NCBI GenBank assembly: GCA_963677895.2
Contig: CAXXGJ010000002.1
Coordinates: 256,001 to 320,000, forward strand
Length of the DNA stretch: 64,000 bases
From: Treponemataceae bacterium
Lineage (GTDB): Bacteria > Spirochaetota > Spirochaetia > Treponematales > Rectinemataceae
Direction of reading: 5' to 3'
Both the position numbers and the translations under genes were made by a program. Shown here in pieces: positions 27,453 to 38,060 of this stretch; the stretch's first letter is position 1; every line of letters starts with the position of its first letter. The notes beneath the pieces were generated by a model that worked only from the letters and a program-made list of their open reading frames with translations, ran no database searches and was not told the origin of the DNA.

Positions 27453-28949
27453 ATGGGAAGCTATTTGCCGTATATTTTGCAGCAGTTTGCGCAGCCGATA
27501 AACCTTCTCTTTGTTGTTGTCGGAAGCGTGATCGGAATAATCTTTGGCGCGATTCCCGGTCTGTCGGGGGCTTTAGCGGTGATGCTCGTGCTGCCGCTTA
27601 CCTACACGATGAATACAGGTTCCGCGATCATCCTTCTCATCAGCCTATGGGTGGGTGGCACATCGGGCGGCTTCATCGGCTCGATATTGCTTGGAATCCC
27701 CGGTTCGCCTGCATCGGTCGCCACGGTCTTTGATGGGTACAAAATGACCCAGAAGGGGCAGACCAATAAGGCGCTTGCCATAGGCATGATAGCGTCGTTC
27801 ATAGGAAATATCGGAGGCATCGTTATCGCCGCGCTGTTGTCCGAAAAGATCGCGGACGTTGCGTTCATGCTTGGACCCTGGGAGTATTTCGCGCTCTGTT
27901 TCGTCGCGATCACGCTCGTTGTGGGGCTCTCCAGAGGGAACATATTCAAGGGTCTCGCTTCTGCGTCCTTAGGTCTCCTGATGACTTGCACCGGATACTC
28001 ACCGATCGATGGCGTTGAGCGTTTTACTTTTGGAAGTTATTTCCTGACAGGAGGACTGTCACTCTTCGCGGTGCTCATGGGAGTGTTCGGCCTGAGCCAG
28101 ATCCTTACTGATTTGGGATTGGGCAACTACACGACGGCGAAACCCGTCGAGACGGAAAAAAAGGGTTTGGACCTGTCCTTCAAGGAAATGTTGCTCCAAA
28201 AATGGAATATCCTTCGTTCGTTCCTCATTGGATTGTGGATTGGCTTTCTTCCCGGACTTGGCGCAGGGCTTTCCAATCTTGTCGCCTATTCTTCCGCGAA
28301 GAACTCATCCAAACACCCCGAAACGTTTGGCAATGGCGAACCTGCCGGAGTCTGGGCTTCGGAGACGTCCAACAATGCTTCCATCGGAGGAGCCCTCATA
28401 CCAATGACAGCTCTTGGCATTCCGGGGGATACGGTCACCGCGATCTTGATCGGCGCGCTAACGATCCATGGGTTACAGATGGGGCCGATGGTGTTCAAAA
28501 ACAGCGGCAATATTGTCTACTTAATTTTCGCCGCAGTTTTTATCGTATCGATTTTCGTGTTCGTCCTTGAGCTGTCAACCATGAAATACTATTCGGCTAT
28601 ACTCAAGATTCCTTTCTATTATCTCTACCCTGCGCTTGCGATGTTGCTCCTTATAAACTCTTACGTAGATTCCAACAATCTTTTCAATACCAGCCTTATG
28701 CTTCTGTTCGCGGTTGTTGGAGTCATTATGACGCTTGGGAATCTTCCAACATCTCCGTTTATCCTAGCCTTCGTGCTCGGGCCTACGATTGAGTCCAATA
28801 TGTTGAAAGGCTTCCAGTACTCCGGGACCGGGGCGACTTTCTTTACGAGACCGATATCTGCTTTATTGCTCTTTGCCGGCGTAGCCAGCATCGTTTACCC
28901 GGGGCTGAAATCCATATTTCTGAAAGCGAAAGCCAGAACTGCGGCTTAA
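27453..28949 (+). CDS. tctA: Tripartite tricarboxylate transporter large permease
   Basis: GAIPGL, GIPGSP, DGYKM, ETSNNA, LGIPGD. Confidence 0.92.
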   Translation: MGSYLPYILQQFAQPINLLFVVVGSVIGIIFGAIPGLSGALAVMLVLPLTYTMNTGSAIILLISLWVGGTSGGFIGSILLGIPGSPASVATVFDGYKMTQKGQTNKALAIGMIASFIGNIGGIVIAALLSEKIADVAFMLGPWEYFALCFVAITLVVGLSRGNIFKGLASASLGLLMTCTGYSPIDGVERFTFGSYFLTGGLSLFAVLMGVFGLSQILTDLGLGNYTTAKPVETEKKGLDLSFKEMLLQKWNILRSFLIGLWIGFLPGLGAGLSNLVAYSSAKNSSKHPETFGNGEPAGVWASETSNNASIGGALIPMTALGIPGDTVTAILIGALTIHGLQMGPMVFKNSGNIVYLIFAAVFIVSIFVFVLELSTMKYYSAILKIPFYYLYPALAMLLLINSYVDSNNLFNTSLMLLFAVVGVIMTLGNLPTSPFILAFVLGPTIESNMLKGFQYSGTGATFFTRPISALLLFAGVASIVYPGLKSIFLKAKARTAA

Positions 28950-28983
28950 TGATCTATAGCTTGATGATCAAGGAGATACATAA

Positions 28984-29841
28984 ATGCCTTTGAACAGTGT
29001 TCCCCCGGCGGGAGATCCTGCCCTTGTGATGGAGCGTTCATGTAGGCGCCCCTGGGACTGCTATCTGCCGCCGATTAGGATGGCAGCAGGCGTGTACTAT
29101 GTCTCGGGCAACGACTGGGTCGGAAGCTACCTGATCGAGAGCGAAGAGGGGCTCATCCTCATCGATGCGGCGATGCACGAAACTCTCTATTTGCTGCTTG
29201 AAAACATAAGAAAGCTGGGACACAAGCCCTCGGACATTAAAAAAATTCTCATCAGTCACGCCCATATCGACCATATGGGCGGCGCGAAAGCCTTGAAGGA
29301 GCTCACGGGCGCGACCCTCTATGTCGGCGAGAGGGATATGTTGTTCTTGAAAGAGCGAAAGGATTTGATAGGAAATGACGGGGGAAAATATACCTGCGGC
29401 GACCTTGAGCCGGATGTTCACTATTCGGACGATACGCCGATCCAGCTCGGTTCGGTGAGCGTCCGGACCGTTTCGACTCCCGGACACACGCCAGGCTGTA
29501 CATCATTCTTCTTTGACGTTCGCGATGTGGACGGAAAGACGAGACGATGTGGCATGCACGGCGGTGTCGGTCTTAACACGATGTCCAGAGAATATTTCCA
29601 TAGCAGCGGGCTGCCCGTATCGTTGAGGGATGAATATATCGCGGGACTTGAAAAGCTCGATTCGATGGAAGTGGATATTTGCCTTCCTTCACACACGAAT
29701 CAAGTGGGCATTCTCCGACTCGTGGACAAGGTTTCTGAAACCTATAACCCCTATTTCGAGCCTTCGATCTGGCACGAACTGATGCGCGAAAGGCTCCAGA
29801 AAGTACGCGATTTAATCCGAAAAGAAGAAGGGCGGGCTTGA
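28984..29841 (+). CDS. MBL-fold hydrolase, subclass B3-like, cytoplasmic
   Basis: SHAHIDHMGG, TPGHTPG, LPSH. No signal peptide. Confidence 0.85.
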   Translation: MPLNSVPPAGDPALVMERSCRRPWDCYLPPIRMAAGVYYVSGNDWVGSYLIESEEGLILIDAAMHETLYLLLENIRKLGHKPSDIKKILISHAHIDHMGGAKALKELTGATLYVGERDMLFLKERKDLIGNDGGKYTCGDLEPDVHYSDDTPIQLGSVSVRTVSTPGHTPGCTSFFFDVRDVDGKTRRCGMHGGVGLNTMSREYFHSSGLPVSLRDEYIAGLEKLDSMEVDICLPSHTNQVGILRLVDKVSETYNPYFEPSIWHELMRERLQKVRDLIRKEEGRA

Positions 29842-29877
29842 TGGGAAGGAACTTCTCATGCGGGTGAGGGCACTAGA

Positions 29878-31221
29878 ATGAGCGGGACACCAAAGGTCGT
29901 CGATTATCAGGTATTCGCCGTCGCGGGATACGACAGCATGCTGCTCACCTTAAGCGGCGCGCATTCGCCGTACTTCACGCGCAACATCGTCGTGATGACC
30001 GACAGTTCCGGCAACATGGGCGTTGGGGAAGTGCACGGCGGCGAACATATCAGGCTTGTGCTGGAAAGCTATCGGCCCTACCTCCTGGGTAAGGCAATTG
30101 GCGACTGGAAGGGCATCGTGAGTGGCATCCGCAGCGGCAACTACACTCACAAGGAAGACGACGGCCAGGGACTCCAGGGCCTTGACCTCAAGAACTTACG
30201 CTTCGTCGTCCACGCAGAGACCGCCGTCGAGTGCGCCCTCCTGGACCTTCTCGGCAAGTTCATGGACCTGCCGGTGGCGGCCTTTCTCGGTGACGGCATG
30301 CGGCGCGATTCGGTACTCTTTCTCGGCTACCTCTTCTATGTGGCCGACGCGGCCAAGACGGGATTGCCTTACCTGAACGAAGACGACAGTCCGAACCGCT
30401 GGTTCAGGATGCGGCGCCGCGCGGTGATGACGCCGGAGGCTATCGTTGAGCAGGCGCGCGCCGCCAAGGAACAGTATGGGTTCAAGGATTTTAAGTTGAA
30501 GGGCGGCGTGCTGCGCGGCGAGGAAGAGATGGAAGCGGTTCGGGCGCTCAAGGAAGCCTTCCCCGACGCGAGAATCAACATAGATCCCAACGGCGCCTGG
30601 TCCCTGGACGAGGCAGTCCGCCTCTGCGCGGACATGCGCGGCATAATGACCTACGTTGAAGATCCCTGCGGCCCCGAAAAGGGTTTCTCGGGGCGCGAGA
30701 TAATGGCCGAATTCAAGCGGGCGACGGGCTTCCGCGTTGCAACCAACATGATCGCCACGGATTGGCGCCAGTTCCGCCATTCAACGGTGCTGGACTCGAT
30801 CGACATCTGCCTGGCCGATCCGCACTTCTGGACCATGTCCGGCTCGGTGCGCGTCGGACAGCTCTGCGACGATTGGGGCCTTACCTGGGGCTCGCATTCC
30901 AACAATCACTTCGACATTTCCCTGGCCGTCTTCGCCCACGTGGCGGCCGCCGCCCCGGGCGAGATAACGGCCGTCGATACGCACTACATCTGGCAGGACG
31001 GACAGTACCTCACGAAGGATCCGATGCGCATCGAGAACGGCCGCATCGCCATCAGGAAGGACAGGCCCGGCCTCGGCGTCGAGATCGACATGGGGGCCGT
31101 GAAAAAGGCCGCCGCCCTCTACGCCACCCTGCCGTCGGGCGACCGGGACGACGCGGCCGCCATGCGTCGCTTGATTCCAGGCTGGAAATTCGACCCCAAG
31201 AAACCTTGCCTGGTGCGGTGA
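29878..31221 (+). CDS. Glucarate dehydratase-family enolase-superfamily protein (paralog 1)
   Basis: [43 protein letters not shown]. Confidence 0.9.
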   Translation: MSGTPKVVDYQVFAVAGYDSMLLTLSGAHSPYFTRNIVVMTDSSGNMGVGEVHGGEHIRLVLESYRPYLLGKAIGDWKGIVSGIRSGNYTHKEDDGQGLQGLDLKNLRFVVHAETAVECALLDLLGKFMDLPVAAFLGDGMRRDSVLFLGYLFYVADAAKTGLPYLNEDDSPNRWFRMRRRAVMTPEAIVEQARAAKEQYGFKDFKLKGGVLRGEEEMEAVRALKEAFPDARINIDPNGAWSLDEAVRLCADMRGIMTYVEDPCGPEKGFSGREIMAEFKRATGFRVATNMIATDWRQFRHSTVLDSIDICLADPHFWTMSGSVRVGQLCDDWGLTWGSHSNNHFDISLAVFAHVAAAAPGEITAVDTHYIWQDGQYLTKDPMRIENGRIAIRKDRPGLGVEIDMGAVKKAAALYATLPSGDRDDAAAMRRLIPGWKFDPKKPCLVR

Positions 31222-31233
31222 CGGGGAGAATTC

Positions 31234-32589
31234 ATGAACAATAAGAAGGAAAAGGCCGCGCGCGGCACCCCCAAGGTCATCGAGATGCAGGTCATCCCGG
31301 TCGCCGGCCACGACAGCATGCTGCTGAACCTGAGCGGCGCCCACGGCCCCTTTTTCACGCGCAACATCGTCATCCTGAAAGATTCGGCCGGGCGAACGGG
31401 CTTGGGCGAAGTACCTGGCGGCGAGAAAATCCGCGCGACGCTCGAGGATGCTATCTCCCTGGTCGTAGGCTCTTCGATCGGCGCGTATAACAATACACTG
31501 AACGCGATGCGCAAAGCTTTCGCCGACCGGGATTCCGAGGGAAGGGGACTCCAGACCTTCGACCTCCGCACCATGGTGCATGCCGTCACGGCGGTGGAAT
31601 CGGCCCTCCTCGACCTTCTTGGCCAATTCCTGGAACTTCCCGTGGCCGCCCTCCTCGGCACCGGCCAGCAGCGCCGCGACGTCGAGATGCTCGGCTATCT
31701 CTTCTTCATCGGCGACAGAAAGAAGACCGATCTGCCCTATCAGGAGGAATCGGAAGCCGGCTGTGCCTGGTACCGTCTCCGCAACGAAGAAGCCATGACG
31801 CCCGGATCGGTGGTCGCCCTGGCCGAGGCTTCGCGCGAAAAGTATGGATTCCGCAATTTCAAGCTCAAGGGCGGCGTTCTTTCGGGCGACGAGGAGATGG
31901 AAGCCGTGAAGGCGCTCAAGGCCCGTTTTCCAGATGCCCGCATAACGTTGGACCCGAATGGGGCCTGGTCGCTCGACGAAGCCATTAGGCTCTGCAGGGA
32001 CAAGGTGGGCATACTCGCCTACGCCGAGGACCCCTGCGGCGCCGAAAAAGGTTTTTCCGGCCGCGAGATCATGGCCGAGTTCAGGCGCGCGACAGGTCTC
32101 CCCACCGCCACCAACATGATCGCGACCGACTGGCGGGAGATGGGGCATTCCATCGCGCTGCAATCGGTGAGCATCCCCCTGGCCGATCCGCATTTCTGGA
32201 CCATGCAGGGCGCGGTGCGCGTCGCCCAGCTCTGCGATTCGTGGGGCCTCACCTGGGGCTGCCACTCCAACAACCACTTCGACATCTCGCTCGCCATGGT
32301 GGCCCACACGGGAGCCGCGGCTCCGGGAACCATCGCCGCGCTGGATACGCACTGGATCTGGCAGGAAGGGCGCGAGCGCCTCACGCTGGATCCGCCTACG
32401 ATCGTGGACGGAAACATAGTCGTGGACGAAACGCCGGGGCTTGGTGTCGAGCCCGATATGGGGCGCATCGACGCAGCGCACCGGCTCTATCTCGAACATT
32501 GCCTCGGGGCTCGCGACGACGCGTTGGCCATGCAGTATCTCATTCACGGCTGGAAATTCGACAATAAAAAACCCTGCCTCATCAGGTAA
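31234..32589 (+). CDS. gudD: Glucarate dehydratase (paralog 2)
   Basis: [56 protein letters not shown]. Confidence 0.92.
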   Translation: MNNKKEKAARGTPKVIEMQVIPVAGHDSMLLNLSGAHGPFFTRNIVILKDSAGRTGLGEVPGGEKIRATLEDAISLVVGSSIGAYNNTLNAMRKAFADRDSEGRGLQTFDLRTMVHAVTAVESALLDLLGQFLELPVAALLGTGQQRRDVEMLGYLFFIGDRKKTDLPYQEESEAGCAWYRLRNEEAMTPGSVVALAEASREKYGFRNFKLKGGVLSGDEEMEAVKALKARFPDARITLDPNGAWSLDEAIRLCRDKVGILAYAEDPCGAEKGFSGREIMAEFRRATGLPTATNMIATDWREMGHSIALQSVSIPLADPHFWTMQGAVRVAQLCDSWGLTWGCHSNNHFDISLAMVAHTGAAAPGTIAALDTHWIWQEGRERLTLDPPTIVDGNIVVDETPGLGVEPDMGRIDAAHRLYLEHCLGARDDALAMQYLIHGWKFDNKKPCLIR

Positions 32590-32616
32590 GGCGAACATCA
32601 TTTTGGAGGAAACACT

Positions 32617-33501
32617 ATGAAAGTAGGATTCATCGGTTTGGGAATCATGGGCAAGCCCATGAGCAAGAACCTTCTGAAGAAAGGCTATTCGATAATCGTC
32701 AACGATGTGAACAAAGCCGCCGTGGACGAACTCGTCGCCCTCGGCGCCGAAACGGCGGAAAACCCGAGAGAAGTCGCCAAACGAGCCGATGTCGTCATCA
32801 CGATGCTGCCCAACTCTCCCCACGTGAAGCAGGTCGTCCTTGGCCCCAATGGCGTCATTGAGGCGGCGCGTCCCGGTCTCGCCTTCATCGACATGAGCTC
32901 TATAGACCCGCTCGTCAGCCGCGAAGTGGGAGCCAAGTTGGCCGAAAAGGGCGTCGACATGCTCGATGCCCCCGTTTCTGGCGGCGAGCCCAAGGCCATC
33001 GACGGCACAATGTCAGTCATGGTCGGCGGCAAACAGGAAGTCTTCGAAAAGTATTTTGATCTCCTGAAAGCGATGGCGGGTTCCGTCGTCAGGACCGGCG
33101 AGATTGGCGCGGGCAACGTGACGAAGCTCGCCAATCAAATCATCGTCGCCGTGAACATCGCCGCTATGTCCGAGGCCCTGGTGATGGCCACGAAGGCAGG
33201 CGTCGATCCCGAACTCGTCTACAAGGCGATCCGCGGCGGGCTCGCAGGCTCCACCGTCCTCGATGCCAAGGTGCCCATGGTCATGGATCGCAACTTCAAG
33301 CCCGGCTTCCGCGTCAACCTCCATATAAAGGACCTCAACAACGCTCTCGAGACCGCGCACGGCGTCGGTGCTTCCGTACCTCTCACCGCCTCGGTGATGG
33401 AAATCCTTCAAAATGTCAAAGCGGATGGCATGGGAGACTTGGATCACAGCGCTATCGCCCGATATTATGAAAAGCTGGCGAAGGTAGAGGTGAAGCGCTG
33501 A
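32617..33501 (+). CDS. garR: 2-hydroxy-3-oxopropionate (tartronate semialdehyde) reductase
   Basis: MKVGFIGLGIMGKPMSKNL, DAPVSGGEPKAIDG, TKLANQ, LHIKDL. Confidence 0.93.
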   Translation: MKVGFIGLGIMGKPMSKNLLKKGYSIIVNDVNKAAVDELVALGAETAENPREVAKRADVVITMLPNSPHVKQVVLGPNGVIEAARPGLAFIDMSSIDPLVSREVGAKLAEKGVDMLDAPVSGGEPKAIDGTMSVMVGGKQEVFEKYFDLLKAMAGSVVRTGEIGAGNVTKLANQIIVAVNIAAMSEALVMATKAGVDPELVYKAIRGGLAGSTVLDAKVPMVMDRNFKPGFRVNLHIKDLNNALETAHGVGASVPLTASVMEILQNVKADGMGDLDHSAIARYYEKLAKVEVKR

Positions 33502-33523
33502 AATCGATAGTGAGTAAACACAT

Positions 33524-34846
33524 ATGAGGATTGTGAAAGGCGGGGCTGTCTCCGCCCTGCTAGAGGGAACGCCGATTCCGCTAATGTTTCGCGCCAGCCA
33601 GGTTTTCCCTCGGCCCCGAATCGACGCGAAGGATATTCCATCTTCTGTGGCTGCGGAACTGGGGAAATCGGACATAGTGGAGCGGATCAGACCAGGGATG
33701 AGGGTGGCGATCACGGCGGGGAGTCGGGGTATAGCCAACATCGCGGTCATCACGAAGGCCATCGTCGACTTCGCCCGCGTTCGCGGAGCCCGGCCTTTCA
33801 TAGTGCCCGCTATGGGGAGCCATGGTGGCGCCAAGGCGGAAGGCCAGCGGGAAATTCTCTCCAGCTACGGCATCACGGAGAAAGCCATGGGCTGCCCTAT
33901 CGATGACCGCATGGATACGATTCTTTTAGGGCATTCGTCCTTAGGGAAGCCCGTATATTGCGCACGCGCGGCCATTGAGGCGGACGGCGTCATCGTCTCC
34001 TGCAGAGTAAAGCCGCATAACGCGTTCCGCGGGACTTACGAGAGCGGCATTCTAAAAATGCTGGTCGTAGGACTCGGTAAGCGCGAAGGAGCGGAGAGCG
34101 TCCACCGCGAAGGCATGGGTCTGATCGCCGAGAACTTGGTGGCGAACGCGCGCGTTGTCTTGGACAAAGCGCCTGTCCTCTGCGCCTTGCCTTGTGTCGA
34201 AAATGCCTACGATGAAACATGCCTAATCGAGGCTATGCCTCCAAATCTCATTCTTGAGCGTGAACCCGAGCTTCTGGCATTGGCCTTCACGAACATGCCG
34301 CGCATACTCGTCGGCGAGGCCGACGTCCTCATCGTCGATGAAATTGGCAAGAACTTCTCCGGCACGGGAGTGGACCCGAATGTGACAGGCACTTTTTCCA
34401 CCGAATTCGCTTCGGGCGGTTTGAAAGTTCAGCGCACCTGTATGCTCCGACTCTCCGAATGTTCCCACGGCAACGGTTTGGGCACGGGGCTGGCGAGCGT
34501 GATCACGAAACGGCTTTTCGACGAACTCGAGGCCGAGATGATGTACCCCAATTGCTTGACGAGCACAGTCCTCAAATCCGCGATGATACCCATGGTTGTC
34601 TCGGATGAAAGGGAGGCTATTCAGGCCTGTCTTCGTACGTTGAACGGGGTCGAGCCCGGCGAAGCGCGCGTGGCGAGGATTGCCAACAGCCTCCATATCG
34701 GCCAGATTATGCTCTCCGAGGCTTATTACGCGGAAGTGCTTCGCGGCGCCTATCCCGGCGTGGAAGCCCTGAGCGAGCCTCGCATACTCGCTTTCGACGC
34801 GTCGGGAGATCTTGTAGAACCAACGATTTTTGAAGGCGAGGTATGA
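33524..34846 (+). CDS. LarA/DUF2088 family protein (nickel-pincer racemase/epimerase-like)
   Basis: AGSRGI, PAMGSHGGA, RVKPH, ESGILKM..GLGK..GA...H, GKNFSGTGVDPNV. Confidence 0.82.
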   Translation: MRIVKGGAVSALLEGTPIPLMFRASQVFPRPRIDAKDIPSSVAAELGKSDIVERIRPGMRVAITAGSRGIANIAVITKAIVDFARVRGARPFIVPAMGSHGGAKAEGQREILSSYGITEKAMGCPIDDRMDTILLGHSSLGKPVYCARAAIEADGVIVSCRVKPHNAFRGTYESGILKMLVVGLGKREGAESVHREGMGLIAENLVANARVVLDKAPVLCALPCVENAYDETCLIEAMPPNLILEREPELLALAFTNMPRILVGEADVLIVDEIGKNFSGTGVDPNVTGTFSTEFASGGLKVQRTCMLRLSECSHGNGLGTGLASVITKRLFDELEAEMMYPNCLTSTVLKSAMIPMVVSDEREAIQACLRTLNGVEPGEARVARIANSLHIGQIMLSEAYYAEVLRGAYPGVEALSEPRILAFDASGDLVEPTIFEGEV

Positions 34847-34993
34847 TGATCGATTTCCGAGCCAGAGTTGCGGACAATTACCGCTTTTTCAACGTATGGT
34901 CATGCTCGGTTTGGCCCTGGGCGGTGTCACTTCCTCTATGTTTTTTTTCTATTCGACGGCACCGTCGGCATCAGCTTCAGGAGGTACGAGGAT

Positions 34994-36535
34994 ATGGTCG
35001 ATAACGAAAAAATGGCTCCTCTCTATATCAAGGTGAACCCGGAAGATAATGTTGCCATCGTGGTGAACGAGGGCGGACTTGATAAAGGGGCGGTTTTCCC
35101 CGATGGTCTCGTGCTTCTCGAACATATCCCGCAGGGACATAAAGTTGCTCTCGTCGACATAGAAAAAAATGGCTTGATCCTGCGCTATGGCCAGACGATA
35201 GGCTATGCGAAGCGCCGACTTCCGAGGGGAAGCTGGGTCGAGGAATCTTCTGTCGTCCTGCCCCCCGCCCCCGATCTCGACAGCCTGCCGCTTGCCACGT
35301 TTCATGGCAGGTCGGCCGAAAAGCTCGAAGACCTGTTTTTCGAGGGATATAGGAACGCTGACGAAAGGGTGGGATCGAAGAATCTTCTCGGCCTCGTGCC
35401 GAGCGTCCAGTGTGTGGCTGGCGTCCTCCAGCATGTGGCCGCCAGAATAGAAAAAGAATTGTTGCCGCGTTTTCCCCATGTCGATGGGGTGGTAGCTTTG
35501 AACCATTCTTACGGTTGCGGCGTCGCAATCTCGGCTCCCTTCGCTGAAATTCCGATTCGGACGATACGGAATCTGGCCGCTCATCCGAACTTCGGCGGCC
35601 AGGCCCTCATCGTGGGACTGGGTTGCGAAAAGCTTCAGCCGGAATTGATCGCGCCCGCCTGCAGAGCTGGTGATGCCGCAGCCGTAATCGTCCGCCTCCA
35701 GGAAGAAGCCGGCTTTTCCGGCATGGTAGAGAGGCTCATGCGGCTCGCCGAAGAGCGCCTTCAGATTCTCGAGAAACGCCGGCGCGAACCTTGCCCACTC
35801 TCCGACCTCGTCGTTGGCCTCCAGTGCGGCGGCTCCGACGCTTTCTCGGGCGTGACCGCCAATCCGGCGATCGGCTACGCGGCCGACCTCCTCGTGCGCG
35901 CCGACGCCACGGTCATGTTCTCCGAAGTGACCGAGGTGCGCGACGGCATCCACCTCCTCACGTCGCGCGCCGCGACGCCCGAAGTCGGGGCCGCGCTGGT
36001 TCGCGAGATGAAATGGTACGACGAGTATCTCGAGCGCGGCGGCGTCGACCGCAGCGCTAACCCTACGCCGGGCAACAAGAAAGGCGGCCTGGCGAACATC
36101 GTGGAAAAGGCCCTCGGCTCGATCGCGAAATCGGGGACCAGCCCCATCGCGTCGGTGTTGGCCCCGGGAGAGCTTGTCGTGGGAAAAGGACTTGTCTTTG
36201 CCGCGACGCCCGCGAGCGATTTCATCTGCGGCACGCTCCAGCTGGCTTCGGGCATCCATCTTCAAGTATTCTCGACGGGAAGGGGAACTCCGTATGGCCT
36301 CGCCATGGCGCCCGTCATAAAAGTGGGATCGAGGAGCATCCTCGCGAGACAATGGCCCGACCTCATCGACATAGACGCCGGCCGCATCGCGACGGGAGAA
36401 TCCTCGATCGAGGAAATCGGTCGCGAAATCTTCAACTTCATCATCGACGCCGCCAGCGGCCGGAGACAGCCTTGGGCCGATCGTCATGGGCTGCGCAACG
36501 ATCTTGTCCTCTTCAATCCGAGCCCGGTCACCTGA
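34994..36535 (+). CDS. garD: Galactarate dehydratase
   Basis: SAF domain [52 protein letters not shown]. Confidence 0.93.
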   Translation: MVDNEKMAPLYIKVNPEDNVAIVVNEGGLDKGAVFPDGLVLLEHIPQGHKVALVDIEKNGLILRYGQTIGYAKRRLPRGSWVEESSVVLPPAPDLDSLPLATFHGRSAEKLEDLFFEGYRNADERVGSKNLLGLVPSVQCVAGVLQHVAARIEKELLPRFPHVDGVVALNHSYGCGVAISAPFAEIPIRTIRNLAAHPNFGGQALIVGLGCEKLQPELIAPACRAGDAAAVIVRLQEEAGFSGMVERLMRLAEERLQILEKRRREPCPLSDLVVGLQCGGSDAFSGVTANPAIGYAADLLVRADATVMFSEVTEVRDGIHLLTSRAATPEVGAALVREMKWYDEYLERGGVDRSANPTPGNKKGGLANIVEKALGSIAKSGTSPIASVLAPGELVVGKGLVFAATPASDFICGTLQLASGIHLQVFSTGRGTPYGLAMAPVIKVGSRSILARQWPDLIDIDAGRIATGESSIEEIGREIFNFIIDAASGRRQPWADRHGLRNDLVLFNPSPVT

Positions 36536-36722
36536 ACTAGGTCGCCTGAGCTCGGTCTCCTGAGTCCGACTACCTGAAACTCCCGAGGGAACTCCTCATT
36601 GGGAAATCCGCATGCCCGTCCTCTGGACAAATGACGTTGGCTGAAAGATTATTTCTTTACAGCCAGGTTTTGCCGTGATATTGTGTAATAGAATTTCAAG
36701 CTTAGAATTTCAGGAGGCGGTT

Positions 36723-37967
36723 ATGCAGTTCAAACGGACGGCGGTGGCGGTACTTCTCGCGCTTCTCGCCCTGAGCTCGGTTTTCGCGCAGAAAACCACG
36801 ATCAATTTCTGGACCTGGCGTCCCGAAGACGTCGAAACCTACGACAAGCTGATTGCCATATTCGAAAAAGCGAATCCAGGCGTCAAGATTGTCCAGACGG
36901 CGCACAAGAGCACCGACTACAACACCATACTCTCCGCGGCGCTCTCGGGCGGCTCGGGTCCTGACATCTTCCAGAGCCGCGCCTATGGCGGTCTCGAAAC
37001 CTTCGCCCAGTCGGGCTTCCTCGAACCCGTTGAGAAATGGGTTCCCGAAGTCAAGAATTTCGACAAAGGCCCGCTCCGCGGCGCCACGTCGATCAAGGAC
37101 GGAAAGATCTACGGCGTACCCTTCGCCAGCCAGACCCTCTTCGTGTTCTATAATAAAGCTCTGTACAAGGAACTCGGCCTCTCCGTGCCCGAGACATGGG
37201 AGCAGTTCATCGGCAATCTCCAGGCCATGAAGAAAGCGGGAATCCAGCCCCTCGCCAACGGCGGCAAGGACGGATGGACGCTCGAAGTCATGATGGGATC
37301 GATGTGCCCCAACTTCTACGGCGCCAATGACTTCTTCGACGCTGTCGTGGCGGGCAAGACCACCTTCCAGGATCCGCGTTTCGTGGGCGCCATCGCCAAG
37401 CTCAAGGAACTCACGCCCTTCATGCCCGACCTCTACATGGGCGTCGCCTATACCGACGCGCAGTCCTCCTTCATCAACGAGGTCGCCGGCCACTTCATCG
37501 GCGGAAGCTTCGAAGCTGGCTATTTCTCGGCCCAGAACCCCAAGCTCGACTATGACGTGTTCGCTCCTCCCGTCGCCAAAAAAGGCGATCCGCACTACGT
37601 CTCCGTCTACGCCGACGGCAACTTCAGCATGAACGCCGCGGGCAAGAACAAAGAAGCGGCCGCGAAGTTCCTCCGTTTCCTCGCCGGCAAAGATACCGGC
37701 AACGCCTTCATCAAGGAACTGAAGCAAGTCTCCGCCGTCCCCGGCGTCGATACTTCGACCTCGCCCTATATTTCCAAGGTTCTCTCGCTCCAGAAATACA
37801 ACACGCCCTACCTCATGCTCGTCGGTTTCAGGTATCAGCAGCCCACGGGATCCGTGCTGATCCAGGCCGCTCTCCAGGGCTTCATGGCCGGCAAATTCGA
37901 CGCCGCCGAAGTCGCCAAGCAAGTTCAGGAAGGCATCGCCACCTACTACGCGCCATTCAAGAAATAA
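36723..37967 (+). CDS. Carbohydrate ABC transporter substrate-binding protein
   Basis: Signal peptide ..VFAQ, GSGPDIF, IYGVPF..YNKAL, SD ggagg. Confidence 0.9.
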   Translation: MQFKRTAVAVLLALLALSSVFAQKTTINFWTWRPEDVETYDKLIAIFEKANPGVKIVQTAHKSTDYNTILSAALSGGSGPDIFQSRAYGGLETFAQSGFLEPVEKWVPEVKNFDKGPLRGATSIKDGKIYGVPFASQTLFVFYNKALYKELGLSVPETWEQFIGNLQAMKKAGIQPLANGGKDGWTLEVMMGSMCPNFYGANDFFDAVVAGKTTFQDPRFVGAIAKLKELTPFMPDLYMGVAYTDAQSSFINEVAGHFIGGSFEAGYFSAQNPKLDYDVFAPPVAKKGDPHYVSVYADGNFSMNAAGKNKEAAAKFLRFLAGKDTGNAFIKELKQVSAVPGVDTSTSPYISKVLSLQKYNTPYLMLVGFRYQQPTGSVLIQAALQGFMAGKFDAAEVAKQVQEGIATYYAPFKK

Positions 37968-37985
37968 CAGCCTGACCAATTTCCG

Positions 37986-38022
37986 GCCGGAGACTTTCCT
38001 TTAATAAAGGGAAGCCTCCGGC
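37986..38022 (+). other. Intercistronic stem-loop after the SBP gene
   Basis: gccggag-a-ctttccttt / aaagggaag-c-ctccggc inverted repeat. Confidence 0.65.
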
Positions 38023-38060
38023 GCCTTCATTTCCCAATCCGGCATCCTTCAGCCATTGCC

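Noticed and set aside
30781..32823. 680-aa antisense ORF over the gudD paralogs
   Set aside because: Antisense shadow. Its internal similarity merely mirrors the gudD duplication.
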